Source: Sedimentisphaerales bacterium
GTDB taxonomy: Bacteria; Planctomycetota; Phycisphaerae; Sedimentisphaerales; Anaerobacaceae
Assembly: GCA_963708075.1 (NCBI GenBank)
Contig: OY970194.1
Location: forward strand, 1,248,001-1,312,000
Length of the DNA: 64,000 nt
Direction of reading: 5' to 3'
The notes beneath the pieces were generated by a model. That model was not told the origin of the DNA, made no database searches, and was given only the letters and a program-made list of their open reading frames with translations. Positions 1 to 9,265 of this stretch are shown piece after piece. How positions within the stretch are numbered: the stretch's first letter is position 1; every line of letters starts with the position of its first letter. The translations under genes were made by a program, and so were the position numbers.

Positions 1-108
1 AAGAACTGCAACGAGTGCGCCATTGCGGCCGCGTGTCCTTCCGGGGCGTTCAAGCGAGTCCCGGCGGACCAGCCGTACCTGCTCAAAGGAGTCGAACGGA
101 CACAATGA
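1..108 (+). CDS. 3' end of a ferredoxin-like / 4Fe-4S protein (partial, runs off window start)
   Basis: Frame 1 reads KNCNECAIAAACPSGAFKRVPADQPYLLKGVERTQ*, a CxxC...CP motif. The stop overlaps the next ATG (ATGA at 105-108). Confidence 0.7.
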   Translation, partial: KNCNECAIAAACPSGAFKRVPADQPYLLKGVERTQ

Positions 109-1406
109 CGCGCTGGGCCCGTATCACAGCTTTTCTGGTCGTCCTGCTGATGCCGTCTTTGAACGCGATGGGCGAGCTGCGCTTCCCGCCGCCGGAGTTT
201 GAAAGCGGCTACCAGTTTCCACAGACGACGTCGCCGGCAGCCAGGGCAGCCGTTTATGAGTATATCGACGCGGCGGTCTTGCTCGCGGCCCTGCTGCTGG
301 GGACGTATCTGATCCTCAGGAAGCGCAGCCGTCGGGCCATCTACGTCCTGATGATCTCCGCCCTGCTGTACTTCGGATTCTGGCGCGATGGGTGCATTTG
401 TCCTATCGGCGCGATCCAGAATGTCACTTTGACGATTTTTGACAGCGGCTACGCCATCCCGATTACCGCGGGCATATTCTTCGTTCTCCCCCTGGTCTTT
501 ACGCTATTCGTGGGCCGGACCTTCTGCGGGGCCGTGTGTCCGCTGGGGGCGATTCAGGACGCGGTGCTCATCCGTCCCGTCGCGGTCCCGCGCTGGCTGG
601 AGAGCGGGTTGCGACTGGGGGCATATACCTATCTCGGTGCGGCGGTGCTCTTCGCGGCCATCGGCAACGCCTTTCTCATCTGCCGATACGACCCATTCGT
701 CGGTTTCTTCCGGCTGAGCGGCAACTGGAACGTCCTCATCATCGGTGCCTCGCTTCTGTTGATCGGGCTGTTCATCGGCCGGCCGTACTGCCGCTTCCTC
801 TGCCCCTATGGCGTTCTGCTCCGCCAAATGTCCCGCCTGTCCAAGTGGCGCGTGACCATCACGCCGAACGAGTGCGTCAAGTGCCGGCTGTGCGAAGGTG
901 CATGCCCCTTCGGAGCCATCCGCGAGCCGACTGGGGACTGGCCACAAGGGGAGTACAAGATCGCCAAGCGACGGCTGGCTTTGTTCCTTCTTCTGCTGCC
1001 AGTGCTGGTTGCCGCCGGCGGCTGGGGCGGCTATGCCCTGAAGGAGCGATTGGCTCGCGTGCATCCGAGGGTCCGAACGGCGGAGCGTGTCTATCTGGAG
1101 GAGACGGGGAAGGTCGAAGGCACGACCAACGCCAGCAACGCATTTCGGGCGACGGGGCGGACCAGTGAAGAGCTCTACCAGGAGGCCACGGCGATTCGTG
1201 ACCGATTTGCTCTGGGGGGGGCGTTGCTTGGCGGATTTCTCGGCCTTGTTGTCGGCGGCAAACTCGTGGCTCTTTCCGTCCGACGCCGGCGCATAGACTA
1301 CGAGGCGGACCGGGCGGGTTGCTTTGCGTGCGGGCGATGCTATCAGTACTGTCCGAAGGAACGCGAGCGGTGGGACAAGGGCAAAGAGGTAATGGCAGGG
1401 CGTTGA
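105..1406 (+). CDS. Polytopic membrane 4Fe-4S binding protein (NapH/NosR-C/Fer4_5-like)
   Basis: Multiple TM helices; CICPIG, FCGAVCPLG and YCRFLCPYG motifs; ferredoxin motifs CVKCRLCEGACP and CFACGRCYQYCP. ATG at 105 is coupled to the upstream stop. Confidence 0.85.
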   Translation: MTRWARITAFLVVLLMPSLNAMGELRFPPPEFESGYQFPQTTSPAARAAVYEYIDAAVLLAALLLGTYLILRKRSRRAIYVLMISALLYFGFWRDGCICPIGAIQNVTLTIFDSGYAIPITAGIFFVLPLVFTLFVGRTFCGAVCPLGAIQDAVLIRPVAVPRWLESGLRLGAYTYLGAAVLFAAIGNAFLICRYDPFVGFFRLSGNWNVLIIGASLLLIGLFIGRPYCRFLCPYGVLLRQMSRLSKWRVTITPNECVKCRLCEGACPFGAIREPTGDWPQGEYKIAKRRLALFLLLLPVLVAAGGWGGYALKERLARVHPRVRTAERVYLEETGKVEGTTNASNAFRATGRTSEELYQEATAIRDRFALGGALLGGFLGLVVGGKLVALSVRRRRIDYEADRAGCFACGRCYQYCPKERERWDKGKEVMAGR

Positions 1407-3133
1407 TGGCGCAGACAACGGAACAGACTCGTTCGCATGACAGCGATGTCCGATACCGGATGGTGCGGAACACGGCCACTATAGCCGCTGTTTTCTCAGC
1501 GATCTTTACGGCATTGCTCGTGGTCAACCTCATCGGCAGCGGCATCATCGGGCCGTGGCGGGAGAACAGGCTGGCGGCCATGAAGCTGCAGGTGCAGAAA
1601 GAGCCGACGAATCAGGAGCTCGTATCGCAGGTGCGCCAACTGGACCTCAAGATCCGCCGCGACAGGATTTGGCGGCTGGATTTCGCCCACAAGGCAACGC
1701 ACATGCTGCTTGGCAGCGTGATCGTCATGATTGTGGCGGGCGGGATCGCGGGCAAGATGAGGAAAGGACTGCCCCGGCCACGGCATCAGCCGGATGCGGG
1801 GCAGATGCAGATAAGAGAAGCAAAGCAGGCCCGGCTGGCGGTGGTTGGCGCTCTGGCAGTCCTCGTCCTCGGAGGACTGTCTGTTGCTATGAGTGGATGG
1901 GTGAGATTCGCGCAGGCTGGAGATTCAGGACCGGCGTTCGCCACCGCGGAGGAAATGCGCCAGCAGTGGCCCCGCTTCCGAGGTCCCGGCGGCGCGGGCA
2001 TAAGCGCCTACGCCAATGTCCCCATGCAGTGGAACGGCAAGACCGGCGATGGGATCTTGTGGAAGTCCAAGGTGCCGCTGCCGGGACGGAATTCCCCCGT
2101 GGTCTGGAAGGACCGGGTTTTCCTCTCCGGCGGGGACCCGAATATGCGGCAGGTATATTGCTTCGATGCCGCCAAGGGTCAGCTCTTATGGACGGGCGAT
2201 GTCCCGACTGTGCCGCTGCCGAAGGACAAGGAGCTGAACGTCATGGAGGATACGACCTATGCGCCTTCGACCGTAGCCACCGATGGCCGGCGGGTCTACG
2301 CGATCTTTCCCACGGGCGACGTGGCCGGGTTCGACTTCCAGGGCAGGCGGCTGTGGCACAAGAACCTGGGCCTGCCCGACAACTCCTATGGCTACGCATG
2401 CTCGCTGGAGACCTATGAAAAGCTCGTTCTCATCCAATACGACCAGGGCGATGGCACGGAAGGCAAGTCGCGCTTTATCGCACTGGACGGGCAGTCCGGA
2501 AAGGTCGCCTGGGAAGTGAAGCGCGGAACGCCGAATTCCTGGACGACGCCGATTATCGTCGATGTGGCGGGCCAGCCCCAATTGATCACCGTGGCCAAGC
2601 CGTTCGTTATCGCCTACAACCCGGCCAATGGCGTCGAGCTGTGGCGCGCGGAGTGCGTGGGCGGCGACGTGGCCCCATCGCCGATCTATGCCGGCAGTCT
2701 GGTTATCGCGATCGAGCCGTATTCTCAGGTGGTCGCCGTCAAGCCGACGGGACAGGGTGACGTCACGAAGACGCACGTTGTCTGGCACATGGAGGACAGC
2801 GGACCGGACATCTGCTCGCCCGCCAGTGACGGCAAGTACGTATATACGCTCGAGAGCAGCGGCCTGCTGCTCTGCTGCAACGTGGAAGACGGCAAGAAGG
2901 TCTATGAAATGGATTTGAAGGAGGAGTGCCGGGCATCCCCCGGTATCGTCGGCGACAAGCTGTACCTGCTCGATATGAAAGGGATCATGCATATCGCCCA
3001 GATCGGGCCCGAGTACAAGGAGATCGCAAAGTGTGAGCTCGGCGAGGAGTGTTTCGCTTCCCCCGCATTTGCAGACGGCCGGATTTACCTGCGCGGGGCT
3101 GAGAACCTGTACTGCATTGGCAAGGCCCCGTGA
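1406..3133 (+). CDS. Membrane-anchored PQQ-like (BamB-type) beta-propeller protein
   Basis: Three N-terminal TM segments, then WPRFRGPGG and repeated G..LW / SP propeller blades ending ASPAFADGRIYLR. TGATG overlap with the upstream gene. Confidence 0.85.
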   Translation: MAQTTEQTRSHDSDVRYRMVRNTATIAAVFSAIFTALLVVNLIGSGIIGPWRENRLAAMKLQVQKEPTNQELVSQVRQLDLKIRRDRIWRLDFAHKATHMLLGSVIVMIVAGGIAGKMRKGLPRPRHQPDAGQMQIREAKQARLAVVGALAVLVLGGLSVAMSGWVRFAQAGDSGPAFATAEEMRQQWPRFRGPGGAGISAYANVPMQWNGKTGDGILWKSKVPLPGRNSPVVWKDRVFLSGGDPNMRQVYCFDAAKGQLLWTGDVPTVPLPKDKELNVMEDTTYAPSTVATDGRRVYAIFPTGDVAGFDFQGRRLWHKNLGLPDNSYGYACSLETYEKLVLIQYDQGDGTEGKSRFIALDGQSGKVAWEVKRGTPNSWTTPIIVDVAGQPQLITVAKPFVIAYNPANGVELWRAECVGGDVAPSPIYAGSLVIAIEPYSQVVAVKPTGQGDVTKTHVVWHMEDSGPDICSPASDGKYVYTLESSGLLLCCNVEDGKKVYEMDLKEECRASPGIVGDKLYLLDMKGIMHIAQIGPEYKEIAKCELGEECFASPAFADGRIYLRGAENLYCIGKAP

Positions 3134-5502
3134 GTCGTTTGTTGAGTTCTATGGACCAGTTGGATCTTACATTCGTTGATGAGATCGTCGGGAAGGTCGG
3201 CACCGGCAAGGAGAAGGTGCTGGAACTTCTTCAGGCGATTCAGGGCCATTACGGCTATCTACCGACGGAGGCCCTGCAGCGCGTCTGCGAACTGACGGAG
3301 ATCACGCCGGCGGCCATCGCGGGCGTCTCGACGTTCTACGACCAGTTTCGCCACCGTCCCGCGGGTCGTCATATCATCCACGTCTGCGTAGGCACCGCCT
3401 GCCACGTCAAAGGCGCGGAGCAGGTCTATGAGGAGTTCCGCCGGTACCTGCAGATTCCTGAGGGGGAGGACACGGATGCCCAGAAGCTATTCACGGTCGA
3501 GCGGATCGCCTGCCTGGGCTGCTGTACGCTGGCGCCGGCGGTGCAGATCGACGAGGTGACGTATGGTCATCTGACGCGGGAGACCGTCGCGAAGGTCATC
3601 AACGATTTTCTCCGGCTGGAACAGGCCCGGGCCACCGAGCGGCCGCGCCGCCTGCGGCGTGTGAAGCCCGGCGACCGCGGGGAAATTCGCATCGGACTGG
3701 GTTCGTGTTGCGTCGCACGCGGCAGTGGCAGATTGCATGGGGCTCTGCAGGATGCCCTGGCCCGGGCCGGCGCGAGGGTGCCGGTCAAGCGGGTCGGCTG
3801 CGTCGGCATGTGTCACCAGACGCCCCTGCTGGAGATCGTGCAGCCGAACGGGACATCGTTCCTCTATGCCCGGGTGCAGCCGGAGGATGCCACGCCAATC
3901 GTCCAGCGGCACTTTGGCGTGAAGGGGCCGCACCGGAGACTCTCCAATGCAATATCCACAACCCTGGACCGCCTGCTGACCGATGAGGACTCCGAGCCCG
4001 TCACACGGTACCCGATCAACGTGCGGGACCGTGGTGTGTCGGACTTCCTCGATCGTCAGATTCACATCTCCACGGAACACTGCGGCCACATCGACCCGAC
4101 GGACATTGATGAATACCTGCAGAATGACGGCTTCAAAGCGATGGAGAAGGCGCTGAAGGAGCTCGATCCCCAGGCCGTGATCGCACAGATCGAGGGCAGC
4201 GGACTTCGAGGCAGGGGTGGCGCGGGTTTTCCCACGCACCTCAAGTGGTCCGCCGTTCGCGCCGCTGATGGCGAGAAAAAGCACATCGTCTGCAACGGAG
4301 ATGAGGGCGACCCCGGCGCGTTTATGGACCGCATGCTGATGGAGTCCTACCCGTACCGGATTCTGGAGGGGATGATCATCGCGGCCCGATGCGTCGGCGC
4401 CCGTGAGGGCTACCTCTACATCCGCGCGGAGTACCCGCTGGCGATCAAACGCGTCACGGAGGCCTTGGAGAAATGCCGCGAGCGCGGCTTCCTGGGCAAC
4501 CATATATTGGGCACGGACTTCTCGCTTGAGCTGAAAATCGTGGCAGGAGCTGGGGCGTTCGTGTGTGGCGAGGAAACGGCGTTGATGGCGAGTATCGAGG
4601 GCCGTCGCGGGATGCCCAGGTTGCGGCCGCCGTTCCCGGCGCAGAAGGGTCTCTGGGGATGGCCGACGCTGATCAACAACGTGGAGACGTACGCCGCCGT
4701 GCCCTGGATCCTTCGCAACGGAGCGGAGGCGTTCGCCCGAATCGGGACAGGCCGGAGCAGGGGTACGAAGGTCTTTGCCCTGGCCGGCAAGGTGGCCCGG
4801 GGCGGCCTGATCGAGGTGCCTATGGGCATTTCGGTCGGCCAGATTGTCGAAGAGATCGGCGGGGGCATCGCGGGCGGGCTGAAATTCAAGGCCGTGCAGG
4901 TGGGCGGTCCCTCCGGCGGATGCATCCCGGCGACGAGGGACAACCTGTCCGTGGATTACGAGACGCTCACGGAGGCCGGGGCGATGATGGGCTCCGGCGG
5001 CCTGGTCGTGCTCGATGAGACCGACTGCATGGTCGATATCGCGAGATACTTCCTTCAGTTCACGCAAAACCAATCCTGTGGCAAGTGCACGTTCTGCCGG
5101 GTGGGAACTCGCCGGATGCTGGACATCCTCGACCGGCTGTGTATTGGCAAGGGCGAGGCGGCGGACCTCGAAGAACTCGAACACTTGGCAAAAATCATCA
5201 AGCAGGGCAGTCTCTGCGGGCTGGGCAAGACGGCCCCAAACCCGGTCCTTTCGACGATGCGGTACTTCCGCGACGAGTATGAGGCGCATGTCCAGGGACG
5301 CTGCCCGGCTCGCAAGTGCAAGGCTCTGATCAAGTACACCATCACGGATGCCTGCATTGGCTGCACGCTTTGCGCCCAGCACTGCCCGACGGAGGCCATT
5401 GAAATGAAGCCGTACGAGAAACACGAGGTCATAGACGAGAAGTGCACGCGGTGCGGGACATGCAAAGTCGTCTGTCCCTCCGATGCGGTTCGAGTGGAAT
5501 AG
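3130..5502 (+). CDS. Fused NuoE-NuoF (HydC-HydB-like) NADH-binding flavo-iron-sulfur protein
   Basis: NuoE motifs CVGTACH and CLGCC; second thioredoxin-like 2Fe-2S (CC...GCVGMC); FMN/NADH motifs GLRGRGGAGFP, NGDEGDPGAFMDR, GAGAFVCGEETAL; SCGKCTFCR..LCGLG; C-terminal 2x[4Fe-4S]. Confidence 0.92.
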   Translation: MSRLLSSMDQLDLTFVDEIVGKVGTGKEKVLELLQAIQGHYGYLPTEALQRVCELTEITPAAIAGVSTFYDQFRHRPAGRHIIHVCVGTACHVKGAEQVYEEFRRYLQIPEGEDTDAQKLFTVERIACLGCCTLAPAVQIDEVTYGHLTRETVAKVINDFLRLEQARATERPRRLRRVKPGDRGEIRIGLGSCCVARGSGRLHGALQDALARAGARVPVKRVGCVGMCHQTPLLEIVQPNGTSFLYARVQPEDATPIVQRHFGVKGPHRRLSNAISTTLDRLLTDEDSEPVTRYPINVRDRGVSDFLDRQIHISTEHCGHIDPTDIDEYLQNDGFKAMEKALKELDPQAVIAQIEGSGLRGRGGAGFPTHLKWSAVRAADGEKKHIVCNGDEGDPGAFMDRMLMESYPYRILEGMIIAARCVGAREGYLYIRAEYPLAIKRVTEALEKCRERGFLGNHILGTDFSLELKIVAGAGAFVCGEETALMASIEGRRGMPRLRPPFPAQKGLWGWPTLINNVETYAAVPWILRNGAEAFARIGTGRSRGTKVFALAGKVARGGLIEVPMGISVGQIVEEIGGGIAGGLKFKAVQVGGPSGGCIPATRDNLSVDYETLTEAGAMMGSGGLVVLDETDCMVDIARYFLQFTQNQSCGKCTFCRVGTRRMLDILDRLCIGKGEAADLEELEHLAKIIKQGSLCGLGKTAPNPVLSTMRYFRDEYEAHVQGRCPARKCKALIKYTITDACIGCTLCAQHCPTEAIEMKPYEKHEVIDEKCTRCGTCKVVCPSDAVRVE

Positions 5503-5504
5503 CC

Positions 5505-7076
5505 ATGCCAAAGATCACGATAGACGGCCGCGAAGTGCAAGTCCCTGTCGGCGCGACAATCCTCGACGCCGCGGAGAAGCTCGGGATCTCAATCCCGACG
5601 ATGTGCCACCTGCGCGGCCATGAGGCGGCAACGAGCTGCATGGTGTGCGTGGTCAAGGTGGTGGGCGTGAACGGCCTCGTGCCGGCCTGCGGCGCCCTCG
5701 TCCGGGACGAGATGCAGGTCCAGAGCGATTGTCCGGAAGTGCTTGAGGCGAGGAAAGCGGCGATTGAGCTGCTGTTGAGCGATCACGTGGGCGATTGCGT
5801 GGGTCCCTGCCAGATGGGTTGCCCGGCTCACATGAATATCCCGCAGATGATTCGCCAGATCGCGGCGGGCCAGTTGAAGGACGCCATCGCCACTGTCAAG
5901 CGCGACATCGCCCTGCCGGCGGTGCTGGGTCGAATCTGTCCCGCCCCGTGCGAGAAAGCTTGCCGGCGCAGGCAGCACGACGAGGCAGTCTCCATCTGCC
6001 TGTTGAAACGATATGTTGCCGACATGGACCTGCAATCGGCTGCGCCCTTCATTCCGGCGTTGTCGCCAAAGCGGGAAAAGCGTGTCGCGATCATAGGGGC
6101 CGGTCCTGCGGGTCTGGCTGCGGCCTTCTACCTGCAGCAAGACGGTTTCAATTGCACCATTTTCGATGACCATGACGAGCCCGGCGGTATGCTCCGCTAC
6201 GGCGTGCCGGAGGAGAACCTGCCTCGTGACGTGCTGAAGGCCGAGATCGCACAGATTGCGAGACTCGGTGTGACATTCCAATTCGGCACACGCGTCGGTG
6301 CCACTGTGCCGATGGAAAGAATCCGCAATCGGTTCGATGCCGTTTTCATCGCCGCCGGCGAGTCGCAGGCCGATGACCTTGCCTCCCTCGGCGTCGATGT
6401 GTCACCCGAAGGTGTCAAAGTCGATGGTCACACGAGCATGACAAGCGTCCCCGGGGTCTTCGCGGGCGGCGCTGTTGTGCGAAAGCATCGATTGACCGTA
6501 CGTGCAGTTGCCGACGGCAAGGCGGCGGCGGAATCCATCCATCGATACTTGACCGGCGAACGGGCGATTGAAGTCGGACGAGCGTTCAACAGCCGGATGG
6601 GCAAGCTCCAGGAGGGGGAAATGGAGGTCTTTCTGCGTTCAGCCAGTGGTGAAGCCAGGCGCAAGCCCTCCAGTTACACCGGCGGCTTTGGCGAGGAGGA
6701 GGCACGTGCGGAGTCCCTTCGTTGCCTGCATTGTGACTGTCGCAAGCTGGATGACTGCCTGCTGAGGCAATATGCACAAGCGTACGATGCTCGGCAGGCG
6801 AGATACAAGGCCGACCGGCGGCGATTCATCCAGCGGACCGAGCATCCGGAGATCATCTACGAGCCGGGCAAATGCATCAGTTGTGGCATCTGCATCCAGA
6901 TTGCCTCCGCGTTCAAGGAGAAGCTCGGCCTGACGTTCATCGGCCGCGGCTTCGACGTGCGCGTCGCCGTGCCGTTCGACGCCTCCCTGGCTCAGGGCCT
7001 GCAGATCGCCGCGGCACAATGTGTCCAAGCCTGTCCCACCGGCGCGCTGGCCTTTAAGGAGCATCGCGAGCCCTAA
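5505..7076 (+). CDS. NuoG-N/GltD-like FAD iron-sulfur oxidoreductase subunit (short, StnC-like architecture)
   Basis: N-terminal 2Fe-2S (PTMC..SCMVC..PAC); GltD-type PCQMGCP / GRICPAPCEKAC; FAD motif IIGAGPAG; RCLHCDC..C cluster; C-terminal CISCGIC / CVQACPTGAL. Confidence 0.85.
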   Translation: MPKITIDGREVQVPVGATILDAAEKLGISIPTMCHLRGHEAATSCMVCVVKVVGVNGLVPACGALVRDEMQVQSDCPEVLEARKAAIELLLSDHVGDCVGPCQMGCPAHMNIPQMIRQIAAGQLKDAIATVKRDIALPAVLGRICPAPCEKACRRRQHDEAVSICLLKRYVADMDLQSAAPFIPALSPKREKRVAIIGAGPAGLAAAFYLQQDGFNCTIFDDHDEPGGMLRYGVPEENLPRDVLKAEIAQIARLGVTFQFGTRVGATVPMERIRNRFDAVFIAAGESQADDLASLGVDVSPEGVKVDGHTSMTSVPGVFAGGAVVRKHRLTVRAVADGKAAAESIHRYLTGERAIEVGRAFNSRMGKLQEGEMEVFLRSASGEARRKPSSYTGGFGEEEARAESLRCLHCDCRKLDDCLLRQYAQAYDARQARYKADRRRFIQRTEHPEIIYEPGKCISCGICIQIASAFKEKLGLTFIGRGFDVRVAVPFDASLAQGLQIAAAQCVQACPTGALAFKEHREP

Positions 7077-7777
7077 GCAGGCCGGGCCATTCGCAGGGCG
7101 ACCTCGGCGACGCGTCGGCCGAGGGCTTTTGTTGTCGTCATGCCGTACTCGTCTTTGAGCACACCACCCTCGGCGCCGCTCCAGACGGTTCCGCCGAGGC
7201 GCGAGCTGGGCCGGCCGTTGCCGACAATGACCATTTCCTGGCAGTGAAGGGACATTTGCACCGACTGGATTGTCGCCTCCTGGCCGCCATTGCGCGAGCC
7301 GCCCACCGCCACGACCCCGGCCGCCTTGTTGCTCAACACGTAGTCAGGGTGATAGAGGACGATGCACCGCTCCAGAAAGGCCTTGCACAGCGAGCTCATG
7401 TTGCCGAAGTAGACGGGCGTGCCGATGATGATACCACCTACCTTCGGGTCCTTGAGTCTGGGCACGAGTGTCGGAAAGTCATCCCGTTCACCCTCTCCCA
7501 GGGGGACGCCCGCGGCGACATTGCCATTGATCCTCAGCCCGGCTAACTCGATCAACTCAGTTTCGATCCTCGGGCTGACTTCCTTCGCCGCATCGAGGGA
7601 AACCTGCAACGCAGCGGCTGTGGTTTTGCCTTTGCGGGGACTGCACGAGATGGCGATGATTCTGACCTTGTCATCTGATGAACCTGCGGCCGAGGCCATC
7701 GGTCCGGCAACGGCGGAAACGGCGGCACCGGCAACCATGGAACTCCTGACGAAATCGCGACGCGTGACATCTCTCAT
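7073..7777 (-). CDS. Tat-signal flavodoxin-fold protein (NADPH-dependent FMN reductase / Isf-like family)
   Basis: TRRDFVR twin-arginine leader; SCSPRKGKTT, GTPVYFG and GGSRNGGQE motifs; GAGGAG RBS upstream of ATG 7777. Confidence 0.85.
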   Translation of the reverse strand: MRDVTRRDFVRSSMVAGAAVSAVAGPMASAAGSSDDKVRIIAISCSPRKGKTTAAALQVSLDAAKEVSPRIETELIELAGLRINGNVAAGVPLGEGERDDFPTLVPRLKDPKVGGIIIGTPVYFGNMSSLCKAFLERCIVLYHPDYVLSNKAAGVVAVGGSRNGGQEATIQSVQMSLHCQEMVIVGNGRPSSRLGGTVWSGAEGGVLKDEYGMTTTKALGRRVAEVALRMARPA

Positions 7778-7922
7778 GAATATCTCCTCTTCACAATTTG
7801 GTGAACTGTTATTGCCGGGACAAGTATATATGGCTACTATGGATTTGAACAGGCTGACAGGCTTGGAATATACTCCTGAAGGCGTAAGTCCGTGTGAATA
7901 CTGAAGTTCAGAAAGGGTTGGC

Positions 7923-9176
7923 ATGGTGGGAAGGTCACTGCGATTCGTTGTCTCGGTTGTTGTCGTCTCTCTGGGAATTGCATGGAATAGCGTCGCGCTC
8001 GCTGACGACTGGCCGAACTGGCGGGGCCCCCATCATGACGGCATTTCAAATGAGACGGGCTGGCGCTGGGACCGGTTGGAAGGGGGCGCGAAGATCCTGT
8101 GGCGCAAGTCCATCGGCACCGGTTTTGCCTCCGTCGCCGTCAGTGGCGGCCGCATCTATGCCTTTGGCAATACCGGCAAGGAAGGGGACAACAAGGAAGC
8201 CGAGCAACAAGACGTCCTGCGGTGCTTCGATGCCGGGACGGGCGCGGAGATCTGGAAACATGCCTATCTGTCCCCCTTGCAGCCGAAAAACTACGAAGGC
8301 GGCCCCAATGCGACGCCCACCGTGGAGGGCGGCAAGGTCTACACCCTGAGCAAGCACGGACACGTGTTCTGCGTCGATGCCCAAAGCGGAGCCGTGGTCT
8401 GGCAGAAGCACCTTGGGAAGGACTACGGGATCGAGCCGCCCAACTGGGGCCTCGCAGGCTCCCCCGTCGTCATAGGCGACCTGATAATTCTGAACGCGGG
8501 CAGCTACGGCACGGCCTTGCGAAAGCAGGACGGTACACTGGCCTGGGGTGCCCAAAAGGGTCCGGCGGGGTACGCCTCCGCAGTGCCCTACGAGCAGCAG
8601 GGCAAGAGTTGTGCCGTGATTCTTGGGCACAGAGAGTTGTACAGCGTTGTCGCGGTAACCGGGCAGGTCCTGTGGAAGCAGCCCTGGACCACCATGCACG
8701 ACGAGAACATCCCCGACCAGATCGTGGCAGGGGACAAGCTGTTTGCGTGCTCGGGTCTGGGGACCGGGGCGGCCCTGTTTCGGATGGAGCCAGAGAAACT
8801 CGTCGAGATCTGGCGTCACAAGAACCTGCAGAACTGGCTGAGCAGCTCCGTCCTGTGGAAGGGACACGTGTACGGCGTGGATACGGGTAAGGCGAAAGGC
8901 GTCACGTGCCTGGATTTCCAAACCGGCGACGTGAAGTGGTCGGGCCCGAACGTCGGCGTTGGCAGCCTGATGTTAGCCGATGGCAAGCTGATCGTGCTCA
9001 GCGACGCGGGCAAATTGACCATCGTCGATGCCGTACCGACCGGGTACAAGGAGTTGGCGTCGGCGCAGATTCTTGAGGGCAAGTGCTGGACTATGCCGGT
9101 GCTGGCGAATGGGCGGATCTATGCCCGCAACGCCGTGGGGGATTTCGTTTGCGTGGACGTGAGCGGGGTGAAATAA
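7923..9176 (+). CDS. Secreted PQQ-like beta-propeller protein
   Basis: Signal peptide ending ALA-DDWPNWRGP; propeller repeats; C-terminal WTMPVLANGRIYAR. Confidence 0.88.
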   Translation: MVGRSLRFVVSVVVVSLGIAWNSVALADDWPNWRGPHHDGISNETGWRWDRLEGGAKILWRKSIGTGFASVAVSGGRIYAFGNTGKEGDNKEAEQQDVLRCFDAGTGAEIWKHAYLSPLQPKNYEGGPNATPTVEGGKVYTLSKHGHVFCVDAQSGAVVWQKHLGKDYGIEPPNWGLAGSPVVIGDLIILNAGSYGTALRKQDGTLAWGAQKGPAGYASAVPYEQQGKSCAVILGHRELYSVVAVTGQVLWKQPWTTMHDENIPDQIVAGDKLFACSGLGTGAALFRMEPEKLVEIWRHKNLQNWLSSSVLWKGHVYGVDTGKAKGVTCLDFQTGDVKWSGPNVGVGSLMLADGKLIVLSDAGKLTIVDAVPTGYKELASAQILEGKCWTMPVLANGRIYARNAVGDFVCVDVSGVK

Positions 9177-9265
9177 TCGCTTCGGTTTGATCGTCACATC
9201 TACAGCGGACCATCTACGTACCCGCGCAGAAGAGGTGAAACGCAGTGCTTGAAAGGGGTTTGAGG

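Noticed and set aside
3130..7076. Respiratory complex I (nuoEFG) or [FeFe]-hydrogenase
   Set aside because: No other nuo subunits, no H-cluster motifs and no molybdopterin domain.
7871..7886. TACTCC-TGAA-GGCGTA dyad as a CsoR-like operator
   Set aside because: Short and imperfect, the flanking genes are not metal-related, and it could be chance.
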